Source: Monocercomonoides exilis PA203 (Eukaryota; Protista; Preaxostyla). Taken from it: a stretch of 64,000 nucleotides of DNA. The notes below the pieces were generated by a model. It saw only the letters and a program-made list of their open reading frames with translations. It searched no databases and had not been told where the DNA came from. Positions within the stretch are counted from its first letter, which is position 1. The number at the start of each line of letters is the position of its first letter. The stretch is taken from NCBI GenBank assembly GCA_001643675.2, contig LSRY02000002.1, forward strand, positions 930,001 to 994,000, in the 5' to 3' direction. Both the position numbers and the translations under genes were made by a program. Below, one piece after another: positions 21,058 through 32,700 of the stretch.

Positions 21058-22078
21058 GTGGTTTTTTTATCCGGACAAAAATTTAAAATTTAATTATCTC
21101 AACAAATATTCAATATTAATTTCCAGCAATTTGCACAGTTGTATGTTAGCATATATGACATCGATTCATATACAAAAATTTTATAGCAGTGTTGTATTTT
21201 TTTTGAAATAAATAATTTTTATTTTTGAAAATCCGACTTTTGATGAATTTTTCTATTTTAATAACACGATTCAATTCATCTTTTACACATTCAACCTATT
21301 TTTTCCATGATAAAAACAATTCTGGTTATTTTATATTTTCCACAAATTGCTCTTTCTAACGGAATGAATAGCTATCATTTTTGAAAAATCATTGTCAATG
21401 GGACAACTTAAAAAAATGTTTTTCATTAAATGAAAAAGCATCTAACTGAAGCCAACACTTGTATTAATTAATATAATAGTTATATAAAAAATACCACAAA
21501 GTGATAATTTTTAATGGTTCAGTGAAGATTCCAAAAAATAAGTTTTATTCGAATTTCAATGAAACTGAATATTAATAATCAATTGTAAAACAAATGATGC
21601 TTATGAAATCTTTGATGAATCATTTTTAATCACAATTTTGTGGGAATTTTTTGTAACTATTATATTAATTAATACAAGTGTTGGCTTCAGTTAGATGCTT
21701 TTTCATTTAATGAAAAACATTTTTTTAAGTTGTCCCATTGACAATGATTTTTCAAAAATGATAGCTATTCATTCCGTTAGAAAGAGCAATTTGTGGAAAA
21801 TATAAAATAACCAGAATTGTTTTTATCATGGAAAAAATAGGTTGAATGTGTAAAAGATGAATTGAATCGTGTTATTAAAATAGAAAAATTCATCAAAAGT
21901 CGGATTTTCAAAAATAAAAATTATTTATTTCAAAAAAAATACAACACTGCTATAAAATTTTTGTATATGAATCGATGTCATATATGCTAACATACAACTG
22001 TGCAAATTGCTGGAAATTAATATTGAATATTTGTTGAGATAATTAAATTTTAAATTTTTGTCCGGATTAAAAAACCAC
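21058..22078. repeat. Near-perfect long inverted repeat: 425-bp arms (21058-21482 / 21654-22078) with a 171-bp spacer
   Basis: The arm gtggtttttttatccggacaaaaattt...aattaatataatagtta recurs as its reverse complement taactattatattaatt...aaatttttgtccggattaaaaaaccac. Only one mismatch was seen, near the outer end. No ORF and no obvious target-site duplication. Confidence 0.95.
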
Positions 22079-22254
22079 CTTTCATATTAATTATTGAGTG
22101 AATATTTTTATAAAACGACAGTGATTTGAAACTTTTGTTGAATAAATTATCTTTGTACTTAAAAATAAAAATCACTAATTCAAAAAAATCAATTATTTCA
22201 AACAATTCAAAATTTATGTGAAAATGAAAACTTTTTTAGAAAAATTATGGTTTT

Positions 22255-25200
22255 TCAGGCTCTCATCAAAAATTGTGCATTTAATTTTTTGGTAAGTTTT
22301 CTTTCGTCATCGTTGTCATCATCATCATCTTCTTCTTCATCTTCATCTTCGCTTTCATTGTTTGATTCTTCATTCTCCAGGGTTGTACTAATCTCTGCGA
22401 CTTCCCCAGAAGAGAAGGAGCTTGAGGAACCTTCTTTTTCGCTTTTGCTCGACGATTCGTCAAGAACTGACTCAGAAGAGCTTGTGATTGTTGTTGACAC
22501 CAACGACTCTTTTTCTGCTTGCGAAGTCCGTTGAGTTTGTGGATTTTCATTCATCCATTTATTACGCATCAAAAATGCAGCATTTAATTTCATAATTTCT
22601 TGCTCTTCTTCATTCATTGTTGTTTGTTCTGTTTCTTCCTCTTCTTCTTCCTCTTCCTCTTCTTCTTCCTCTTCCTCTTCTTCTTCCTCTTCCTCTTCTT
22701 CACTTTCTTCACTTGTTGAATCTTCGATATTATCTTCTTTTTGGAGATCATCATCTTTCGCACGAGTCGAACGCCTTTGCACATCCTCATTGTCGCTGCT
22801 TTGACTATCACTCTGATCCTCTTGCATTTCCTCGCTGTCGTGTTCGCCACCAGATATATTTTGCGTTTCTTTACGTTTCTCTCCACTTTCGCTATCATCT
22901 TCACTCTCTTGACTTTCTTTGCTTTCATTGCTGCTTTCATTTCCGGACTCATCTTCGCTGTGCTGCAAACTTCCTGACTCCTGTTCTTCTTTAACAGCAC
23001 GATCTTCCTCCTCCTCCTCCTCCTCTTCTTCCTCCTCCTCACTTTCACTTTCATCCTCTGTTGATTTTTCAGGATCAAATTCACTGTCGGTGTCTGAGTC
23101 CTCGTCGCTCAACTCTTTTTGCTTCCCTTCCTTTTTCAGCCTTCGAATCCGCTCTTCTGCGATTCGCTCAATTTCGTCATTCAGCAAATCCTCCCTTTCA
23201 ACAATATAAGGCTCCCGCTTATGTTTACTCTCAATCAACTTGATTGCGTTTAAAATGATAATAAAAAACAATGAAAAAATTTGAATTTTAAACAAATAAA
23301 CAATCAAAAAAATTAGAAAATAACAATTATAAACAAACAAACAAATAAATTATCAAAAATAAAAATATTTATTATTCGATATTTTAATATTGTCATTTCT
23401 TTGAAGAAATATTCTCTTCCAAACATCAAAAACAAAATAATAAGATTTCATAAAGAAAACGATTTTATTTTCTACACACTTTTGCGAGCGACTCATTCAT
23501 GTTCGTGTCCAATCTCTTCTTCTTTGCCATCCACTTCACTCGTCTTTTCTCCGTCTGCATCTTCTTCTGCCATTTCCTTTCTCTCTTCATTTCTTTTTCA
23601 TTCCTTTCGTCTGGTTCTCTCCCTCCTCTTTTCACTTTCCGTTGCTTCTCCTCTTCTTTTTCGCGCTTCTCTTGCTCTACCAACAGCTGCTGGGAAATCG
23701 TTTCTCGTGATGCTTTTTCGACTTTAACTCGCTTCAAAGCCAGAGATGCAGGACGAAGCAGAGGAAGAGCCGGAGCAGGAGCAGGAAGCGGCTGTGGAGT
23801 TGTGAATTTCTTGGCATTTTTTGAATGGCGAGAAGAAGAAGAAGAAGAGTAAGAAGAAGAAAGTGAAGAACGTCTTGATATGGATGATGCCGTCATTGAA
23901 GAAGAAGCAGATTCAGAGTTGACAGGAAAGATTGAATAGATTCCGTAATATGATTCAAATGGCAAATTCTTCAAACTGAAGTGGAACGGTACTACAAAAT
24001 ATTTAGAGAAAGACAGAAAATTTTCATATTTAAGTAAATAATTCGAATGTCAAAGAATCACAAAAAATTTTTTTCATACCAAAAACTTCATTTCTTTTTC
24101 TTTCTTCTTCTCTCCGGGCCTCTTCATCATCAAATTTATCCTCTTCTTCAAACAGCCTTTGGTTATCTTTCGTATTCTTTTCACTCAACTCTCTTTCTTT
24201 TTCCATTTCCTGTCTTTCTTTCTCTCTTCTTTCTTGTTCAAGCGCTTTTTCTTTTTCTTTTTCTTTTTCTTTTTCTTTTTCTTGTTTCCTTTTTTCTTCT
24301 TCCGCTTCATTTTCATTTTCATTCGTCGCATCACAATTTTCTGTTGCAGATTTGCTCAAGTTCTCTTCTTCACTGGAAACATCTCTTTCATCGATCTTCT
24401 CTGACTTTTCTTTTTCTTTACTATCTTTGCAACTATCACTTTCAGTTTTATCAGATTTTCTTTCTGTCAAGCCTTGTGGCTCTTCAATAGCTGAATCCTC
24501 TTTTCCTTTTGAAGAAATTCTTTCTTTGCGTTCATCTCCCTTTTCTGAACTTTCTTCCTCTCTTTCGCAGTTGGAGTCGCGTTCAGGGCTTTCAGAAGGA
24601 CTTCTTGACTGAGATGGCTTTAATTGCTTATTTTGTTCATCTTTTGGAATTGGCTCTTCTTTAACTAACATTGTCTCATCTACATCGGGAAAATATACAG
24701 AATTTTCTGTTTTGGCTTCTGATTTCCTTCTGGATGCCTTTTTCGGCTTTTCTTCTTTCTGAATTTTATCCTCATTTGCATAGGTTTCAAAACGTTCGGA
24801 TTGATTAGGCGCATTAACTGGTGTTAAAGGCGATGTGAATGATCTGCTCATCAATACTGTTTACGAAATATAAAAATTAAAATTAAAAATAAGTAAAATA
24901 ACACTTAATGAAAATACGAACATTTCTAGAGAAATGTCAACAAGTCGGTCCACATTAAAATTCATGCGAAGATGAACAATAAGAGTACAAACCAGTTTTG
25001 CTTTTTGCGTTTGAGTCTTTGTTTTAAATGAATTTAACAATTTTTCTAAAAAAAGAGAATTTTTCAAATAAAAATGGAAAAAGAAAGACAATACTGTATT
25101 GATTAATTTTATCTTTCAAAATATGATTTTTTTCTTTTTCCTCTTTTATCTATATTTCAAAGGATTCTTTATAAAAATATAAAAAGAAAGATTTCTCATA

Positions 25201-25663
25201 CAATTGAATGCAGCTGATTTTCAACTTCCATTTGCCTAATTTGATTTGACTCCATTATGTCAATTGCTGCCTTGCTATAATTCAATTAACAATTCAAACA
25301 TTTAAATAAATTTAAAAATTAACCGTTGTGATGACAATAATCCTTGGTAAAATATTAAATATTCGATTGTCAGTTGATATAACCTTATTAGCTTCTCGAT
25401 GTTCGCTTCAGGCTGAACTGATATGTCTGATAAGAATGTGGGTTTAATATGTTCGAAGAATTATTTAAAATCAAACCAGATTCCAAAATTTTAGAATGTG
25501 TTATGTTATTTAAATGCAATTGCAATTGATCAACTGCTTTTGTTTCAACGATGCTTTGTAAATCCAATTTCATAATTTCTCTCCAATTAATAGATTCAGT
25601 TGGCTTTGTAAAATGAAGCTCTGCAAGAACATCAACCATTGCTGCACTTCCTTCAGCAGTCAT
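22255..25663 (-). CDS. DZIP1/DZIP1L (Iguana)-like basal-body/ciliary protein: N-terminal Dzip-like domain plus a long acidic/coiled-coil tail; multi-exon
   Basis: The spliced N-terminus LHFTKPTESINWREIMKLDLQSIVETKAVDQLQLHLNNITHSKILESD..EKLIRLYQLTIEYLIFYQ matches the DZIP1 N-terminal domain (F.F..R.ES.DWR....DVD.......L...I.NITF..L...KLIRLAQ.TIEYL). Introns of 49-52 bp at 25427-25476, 25275-25323, 25150-25201 and 25046-25094 keep frame. Joins to ORFs 24030..24854, 23465..23974 and 22255..23340 are plausible but less certain. Confidence 0.72.
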
Positions 25664-25790
25664 ATGTCTGCTATCAATTATTCAATTTCTTTTCAGGTTA
25701 AAGTTGTTATAAAAATATTAATTCTGTATTGTTTTATCTTTTGAATTAATTCAAAAAAATAATTATTTGCATCACGATCAATTTCTTTAA
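25664..25790. promoter_or_regulatory. Short (127 bp) divergent intergenic region, probable bidirectional promoter
   Basis: The ATG of the DZIP1-like gene (-, 25663) and the ATG of the TrmO-like gene (+, 25791) face away from each other across an AT-rich spacer. Confidence 0.55.
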
Positions 25791-27002
25791 ATGAGTGTTA
25801 TCTCTGAAGCAATTGATGAAAATGTAGAAAAATTTCTTGAATTTAATTCAACGCAAATTGTTATGCAACAAAAAGCTATCGAGCAACTCGATAACGATGT
25901 TGCAGAAATTATCAAAAAACTTTCTTTTCTTGATGCTGTGAGACGAATCACAATATCTCTCATTGATAAATTAAAGTCCTCATCATCATCTACTAATTCT
26001 CTCCAGGATGTTTCGACTGATACACACTCTGAAGAACAATCTACTTTTATTGAGCAAGACGAAAGACTACGAATTTCAGAACTAAATTTCTGCTTTCTGA
26101 AAGATACTATTGCGAAAATAGATGAAAGAAAGCTTTCACTATTCCCATTTGGAACAAATGTTATTCCAAAATCGATATTTGAAAAACATCAAGCTCGCAT
26201 TCCTGTGTCAAAAATCGAGCATTCTTTTTCTCATATTTCTCCTTTACCTCTCTCAAAAGAGACACAAATTACGGAGTTAAATCCTCACAGCAATGTTTTT
26301 CGTATGCCTCCAATTGGCTATGTTTCAACTATTTTCAAAAGAAGAAGTGATGCACCTAGACAGCCGTTCTTGGGAAATGCTGCTGGTGGTGAATTAATTT
26401 TTAAAAAGCCATTTTTTAATTCATTGGAGCAATATGTGAAACCCAAATCTTTGCTTTGGGTAATATTTGGTTTGTTGCTTATTTTCACTGAACATGTTTT
26501 TCGAATTTCCATTTATTAATTATTTTTTCACATGATATGAATAGTCTTTGATAGGAACATCACAACCCCATCGAGAAATTATGTTTATCCTCCAAAGTTT
26601 CGAAGCAGGAGGCTTGGCCTTTTTTCTACAAGATGTCCTTTTCGGCCGAATCCGGTTGGATTAAGTTTGGTGCAAGTGGAATGGGTCGAAGAAATAAAAG
26701 ATAATTTGACAGAATCATTCATTAAGACTAATACAGAAGAAAAAGGAGAAGAAAAGGAAAATGATTCGAAATCAAGAATTTATGAAAACGACTCAAAATG
26801 CACTCTTCAACCGGATGATGGTGAAGACAGCTCATGCAAAAAGGGATCTTTTACTCAAAAAGATGCTTATGTTAGAATTGGATTTAGCGGAGGTGATCTT
26901 CTTGGCTTGACACCTATAATTGCCATTAAGCCTTATTCAAACAAGTTTGTTATCATCAATACCAATTGTTTTTTTCTTATCAATGTTATCAGAAGGATTG
27001 GG

Positions 27003-27038
<36 letters not shown>

Positions 27039-28592
27039 AGATTGTGAGGAAGGGTGTTGTTTATTCCTTTTTTCTTTTCAATTTTGATTTTTATGATTTT
27101 TTGTTTCCTTTTCCTTTCGCTTTTTCTTTAATTCTTTGTATTTTTCCTAAATATATTCTATCTTTTCATTCCATTCAAATATGTCAGAGCTGAATGCTTT
27201 CCCTCATCTGCCATTGGATGGCTTTCTTCGCCAGATGATATAACCACACTCTCTTATGATTCGCATAACCCAGTTGATTCAAAAGAAACTTCTTCAACTT
27301 CTTCGATTTCATCAACTTCATCGTTTAGTTCAACTTCTCTATCATTTCCATATTCTCTTCCTGCATCTTCTTCTGCTTCTGCTTCTGCCTCTGCCTCTGC
27401 CTCTTCTTCTGCCTCTGCTTCTGCTTCCTCTTCTTCCTCTTCCTCTTCCTCTTCCTCTTCTCCTGCTCCTCTTCATCTTCTTCCACCTCCACCTTCATCA
27501 AGCGAGTCCATTGGGAGAAAATGCGAAGTTGTATTCAAAGGGCGAAAGAGAGAATTCACACCAGAAATTGAAGGAGTTCGAATCAAAATTCAGAAAATAT
27601 CAGAAAGAAAATGCAAAGACGAAAGATATTTCAAAGATGAGAATGAAAATGAAAAAGAAAATATTTCTGAGAAAGAAAAAGAAGAAGACATAGATGACAT
27701 TGATGATGAAGAAGATGAAGATGACATAGATGAAGAAGGATTTGACATGGGAGATATCAAAGACGAGGCAAAGCCGTACGAAAAGAAGAAGAGCAGCATC
27801 GAAGGAAGCGACGAATTCTGCATTGTTAACCAGAAGGATGTGGAAGCACTGCCTGAAGAGCCGGATTTGCCTTTGGTAGATACAGCAGCTGAATTGAATA
27901 CAGTTTTGAGTTATGTTTCCGATTTCATAGATGAACTTGCAAGAGACGGTCTGAATTCACTGGAAAGAGAATGGCTAAGGAAAGTGGATGATTCCGAAGA
28001 AGAAGAAAAAGAAGAAGAGAAAGAGAAAGAAAAAGAGAAAGAAAAATTAAGTACAAATGACAAAAATGATCAAAAAGAAACAGACAAGCCATCCGATTTA
28101 TCTTCTTCTGATGCATCTTCAGCACATTCATCTCAAGTGAATCAATTGTCAAGCCAGCCATTTGCTCATATAAATGAAGAAGATGTAGCGGCTCTTCCAC
28201 CCGAAGAATCTTTCTTATCTCGCAAAATTGCACATTGGATTAACATGCTTGAAATGGAAGTAAATGCAGGCGAAGAACACAAGGAAGACAAAGAAAAGGA
28301 TGAAGTTGCAATGAAAGATGAAAAAAACCCAGAAAACAAACAAAGAATTTCAACTGAATTTAACAATAAAGCTGATAAAGAGCAAAAAACAGAAGATTCA
28401 TCTTCAGCGTGCTCTTCAAGCTCTTCTTCAGCCTCTTCTCTTTCTTCTTGTTTGAATCCTATTCTTTCTATACATTCTGAGCCATCTTCTTCTCTTCTTC
28501 AGCAGAAGTGCGAGTGGATAAAGAAACATGCACATGTTGATATTGTCGCGGCTGCTGTTGATTCGCTTTCATTCGACCCTTTGCTTGAGAAG

Positions 28593-28674
<82 letters not shown>

Positions 28675-29347
28675 GAGAGAAAGAGATGGAAATTGTGAAG
28701 AATGAGAACTTAGTTGTTCGGAATATTATTATTATTATTATTATTTTTCTTTTCTTTGCTTTTCTTTCTATCTAACTTTAGTTTATTGACCAAACTAATC
28801 TTTTTTGAAAAACACTCACTATTCAAATTTTCTAATTCATTTTCTCAATTTTTTCTTTCTACACCCCATCCCCTCCCCACAAATAACATAAAACAGGCAA
28901 ACAAATCCAGAAGGAAATCTCGACACCCCAACAAATCACATCCATTCGAATCAGTTTTGGCTGTTGGGGCATTTCGTGTGCTTTTCAATGTGATTGAGAA
29001 GTCTGAGCTGGAGAAAGAGAACAACCAAAATTGCGAAGTGATTCACAGGCAGTCGCAGTTTGACGAGAAAGGAAGGAAAAAGATGAGCGTGGCAGACATG
29101 GAAAACCCAGTTGTTGTTGTGAGGGACGTTGTTTCTGGCTTTAGAGAAGAAATATTAGTTTGCTTTCTTTTTTTTTTCAAGATTAGTAAATAAACTTTAT
29201 TTTTGCATGTTTCAAATGCTTTCCAATAATTTCTTTCTTTCTTTTTTTTTATTAAAAAAATAACTCTACCACTAGAATTCTGATGATAGGACAGACGCAC
29301 AAATAAAGCTTCATCGCAAGTTTATTGAAGAATATCCTCCTTCTTGA
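25791..29347 (+). CDS. TRMO: TrmO/TsaA(YaeB)-like tRNA m6t6A37 methyltransferase, ~938 aa; join(25791..26469,26545..26944,27188..28592,28897..29157,29276..29347)
   Basis: Motifs MPPIGYVSTIF..DAPRQP, LWVIF|VFD, VYPPKF..LGLFSTRCPFRPNPVGLSLV, GGDLLGLTPIIAIKPY, ..IGWL and C-terminal SLSFDP..FRVLFNV. Four GT-AG introns keep frame (2817 nt total). Confidence 0.88.
28597..28672. repeat. (GT)38 microsatellite at the 5' end of TrmO intron 3
   Basis: Uninterrupted GT dinucleotide run directly after the donor AAG|GTAT at 28593. Confidence 0.97.
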
Positions 29348-29748
29348 CACATTCATAAGACAGATCATCTTGTCACAACTTTCAGAAATTGAAATTAGGA
29401 GCTAATGTTATAAAAATATTCAAAGAGTTTTAAATATGTTTTATTTTGAGAAATTATTAGTTTTATTAATATTTTTGATGAAAAGAAAAGATATATTAAT
29501 ATTTGTTATGGTTGGATCAATATCGTTTTTTTAAAACTCTTCTTTTTTGAGCGGAAGGTTCCTTATCAAACAGAATTTATGCAACAGGTTTTTATTTACT
29601 TATGATTGAACCGCTTTCAAAGCTTTTATTTTTTGAAAATCTTCTACTTTTTGAAATGATGATTGATTACATATTCAATTTGATTCGTATGCAACTTTCA
29701 ATTATTCTTCAATGCACTGAATTTATTTTAAATAAAATTTAAATTTCA

Positions 29749-32700
29749 ATGAAGTTCAATGCCACTTTACAGAAACATTCACTTACTTCTGGAAAATTGA
29801 AAGAAATCATAAATGAATCTTCAGGTTTTCTTCAAATATTCATGTTGCAAATTTTGAAATTACCTTTCTGTTCATTGCATAGCATTTATCTTAGCTGGCT
29901 CTAGAAAATATACCTTGAGAAAGCCGACGATTTTTGGACCTTCCCAATTCAATTCTGAATATCAAGTTATAAATTCTGATCAAGAACCTTCAACATATGA
30001 ATTGATTGACCTTGCATCTCTCTCAATAAAGAATCCTTGCTTTTCTTCTCCGCTGGAACCGGCTTTTGAACAGATAGAAGAAGATGAAGAAGAATGCAAG
30101 ATTGCTCTTGTTTCTCAACAGCAAGATCTGACATCTCAGTCCATGGATGAAATTGTATCATTTGAAAACATGAAATCAAATTTGCATGTTGAAACATTTT
30201 TTAACACAGATGCTTCGAATTCTTCTGATGATCAGTTGAGACTTAATCAGTTTTATGATCAGTTTTTGAATAAGCAAAGAACATTGCTTCTTGTGGAACT
30301 TCATCTAGGGAATGAATTAATGAGATCATATGGCACCGATTCAAATTCGCAGATGACTATGCTGCGGGTCAGAAAGGGAGACAACGTGGAAAAGCTATGC
30401 GAATCATTCATTGTTGCAATGAGCTTGCCAGAACAGTTGAAACCGCTGCTTAAAAAAATTGTGGAAAAAGGCATTGAAGAGAAAAAAGTTACGAATGATG
30501 TTTTGAACAGTGATGAAGAAGAAGCGATGCTTGAGAAGAAGGAGAAAGATGAAGCAAAAAGTGCAAAAGAGGTGAGAGATAATGGAGAAGGAGAAGAAGA
30601 AGGAGAGGAGGAAGAAAATGACGATGATGACGACGGTTTGAGGGTTCCATTGACCATCATTGAGGAGATGGAGCGATATGTGCGGAAAGAGCGGGAAAGG
30701 AAACGGAAGCTGAGAGAAGAGGAAGAAAGCCGAAAGGGAACAACAATCAGAAGATGGGTGAATTCAACAATAGAAACAGCGAAAAAGGAAAGCAAAGGAG
30801 AAGCTAAAAAGATGGATGGAAGTTCGTCTTTGAACAAAAGTGAAGCGACTCCTGTTGAACTCGAAGAAAACAATGAAAATTCTTCTTCTTCTTCTTCTTC
30901 TTCTTCTTCTTCTTCTTCTTCTTCTTCTTCTTCTTCTTCTTCTTCTTCTTCATCGTCATCATCAGTTGATTCAGAAGAAGTGATAAATGAGTATGAAATG
31001 AAGTTTTATTCATTTGAAGGCGAAGAGATGGCTTCACAGGCGTCGTTTAATGAAGAAGAAGACGATCCATTTGCATATGAACAGGAAATGCTCAGAAAAA
31101 GAGAAATGGAAGAGGCGAAAAGAAGACAGGAGGAGAGGAAGAGAAAAATGAAGAAAGACCAAATGAAGGAAAGGGGGTTCAATAGAACGAAAAAACAAGT
31201 TGTGAAAAATGAAAAGAAAAATGATTCAAACACGAAAAGCAAAAAAATTGAGGGAAGGGAAGAAGAAGAGCGAAAAGAAGAGAAAGAAGAAGATGCTTAT
31301 AGCAATCAAAAATTAGAAAATGAAAAAGAAGATGCAGATGATAACAAAGCAAACGATGAACAAAATGCAAGCAAACAACAAAAATCTTCCGAAATAGCGA
31401 ACAATTCTGAAAGAAAAGCAAAAGAGGAACAAAAAGAGGAAAGTGATGAAGAAGAATATGACGAAGAGAAACGACGAAGAGAAAGAAGAGAAAAAGAGAG
31501 GAAAGTACGAGAAGAGAGAAAGAAGAGAGAAGAAGAAGAGAAGAAGAAGAAAGAAGAAATCATGAAGCAAAGAGAAGAAAAACGAAAGGCGTTTTTGATG
31601 GAAAAGGAGAAAGAAAGGCTGAAAAAGCAAGAAGTGCTCCGAGCACAGACAAAGGACTTGGAGAAGCAGAAGGAGCAGCAGAAGCAAAGGCTGGTGAAAC
31701 AAAGAGAAGAAATGCGATTGAAGCAGAAGAAGCAGCGCGAGGCAAAAGTAAACGCTAGCAGCAGCAACACCAACAATGCCAATGGCGATAAGCAGCAAAG
31801 CGAGAAAGCAGAAGAGCAGTCGAGAAGCGAGGCAAACGAGAAGCTGTTCAACAGACTTTATCAGGAGAACCGCAAAAGGCAGGCGATGATCCAGAGAATG
31901 AAAGAGGAAGAGGAGGCGAAGCAGAAGGAAGAGCTGGCTCAGAACAGCATCCACAAAAATGCAACTGTGAAGGACCCGGCCCGATTGTATCGCACACAGA
32001 CAAAGAATGCAGCAAGCTCAAAACAAAAAGAAAGTGCTGGAAATGAAGAGAATGGAGAGGGAAGTGATAATCAGAATGAACAAGAGATTTCCTCTTCTTC
32101 CTCTTCCTCCTCATTGGCAAAGGCCGCTGCTGCTTCTGCTGCTCGCGAAGAGGCAGAGCAGAAAGAATGCACGTTCCGCCCTGAAATCAACAAGAAGTCG
32201 AGGGCGATGATGAAAAACAGAACACAAGAAGATGCAATGGCTTTGAGGGAAATCGACATTATCAGAAGAGAAAGTGCGTTTGCGACTGAAGAAGAGGCCG
32301 AGCGGGAGATTCAGGAGAAAGCAGAGATTGCAGAGTGGGAAAGAGAACAGCAGAAGATGATGAGATACGAGGAGATGCAGAGGGAAATGGAGAGGGAATA
32401 TGAAGAAGAAGAAGAAGAAGAGTATGGAAATTATGAAGGAGCAGAGGAAAACGAAGGAAGAGAAGGAAATGAAGTGAAGCAAGAAAGTGAAGTTGCAGTT
32501 TCAGAAGGAATTTGTGAGAAAAAAGAAGAAACGGCTCAAACAAGCAATGATGAGAATGAAAAGGGAACAGACAATTGCGATGTGAATGACATTAACAAGG
32601 CGAATGAAACAGAAAATCAGCCTGACCAAATCCAATCTGAACAACAACAGCAGCAGCTCAATAACACGACATTGAATTTATCTTCTTATTCCGCCTATTC

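Noticed and set aside
21058-22078. Autonomous DNA transposon
   Set aside because: No transposase ORF and no target-site duplication in the flanks (aaatagt / ctttcat). Kept only as an inverted repeat.
28593-28775. CVCVCV repeat and hydrophobic tail at the end of ORF 27747..28775
   Set aside because: Translation of an intronic (GT)n and T-rich tract. Splicing at 28593-28896 restores the TrmO C-terminal domain.
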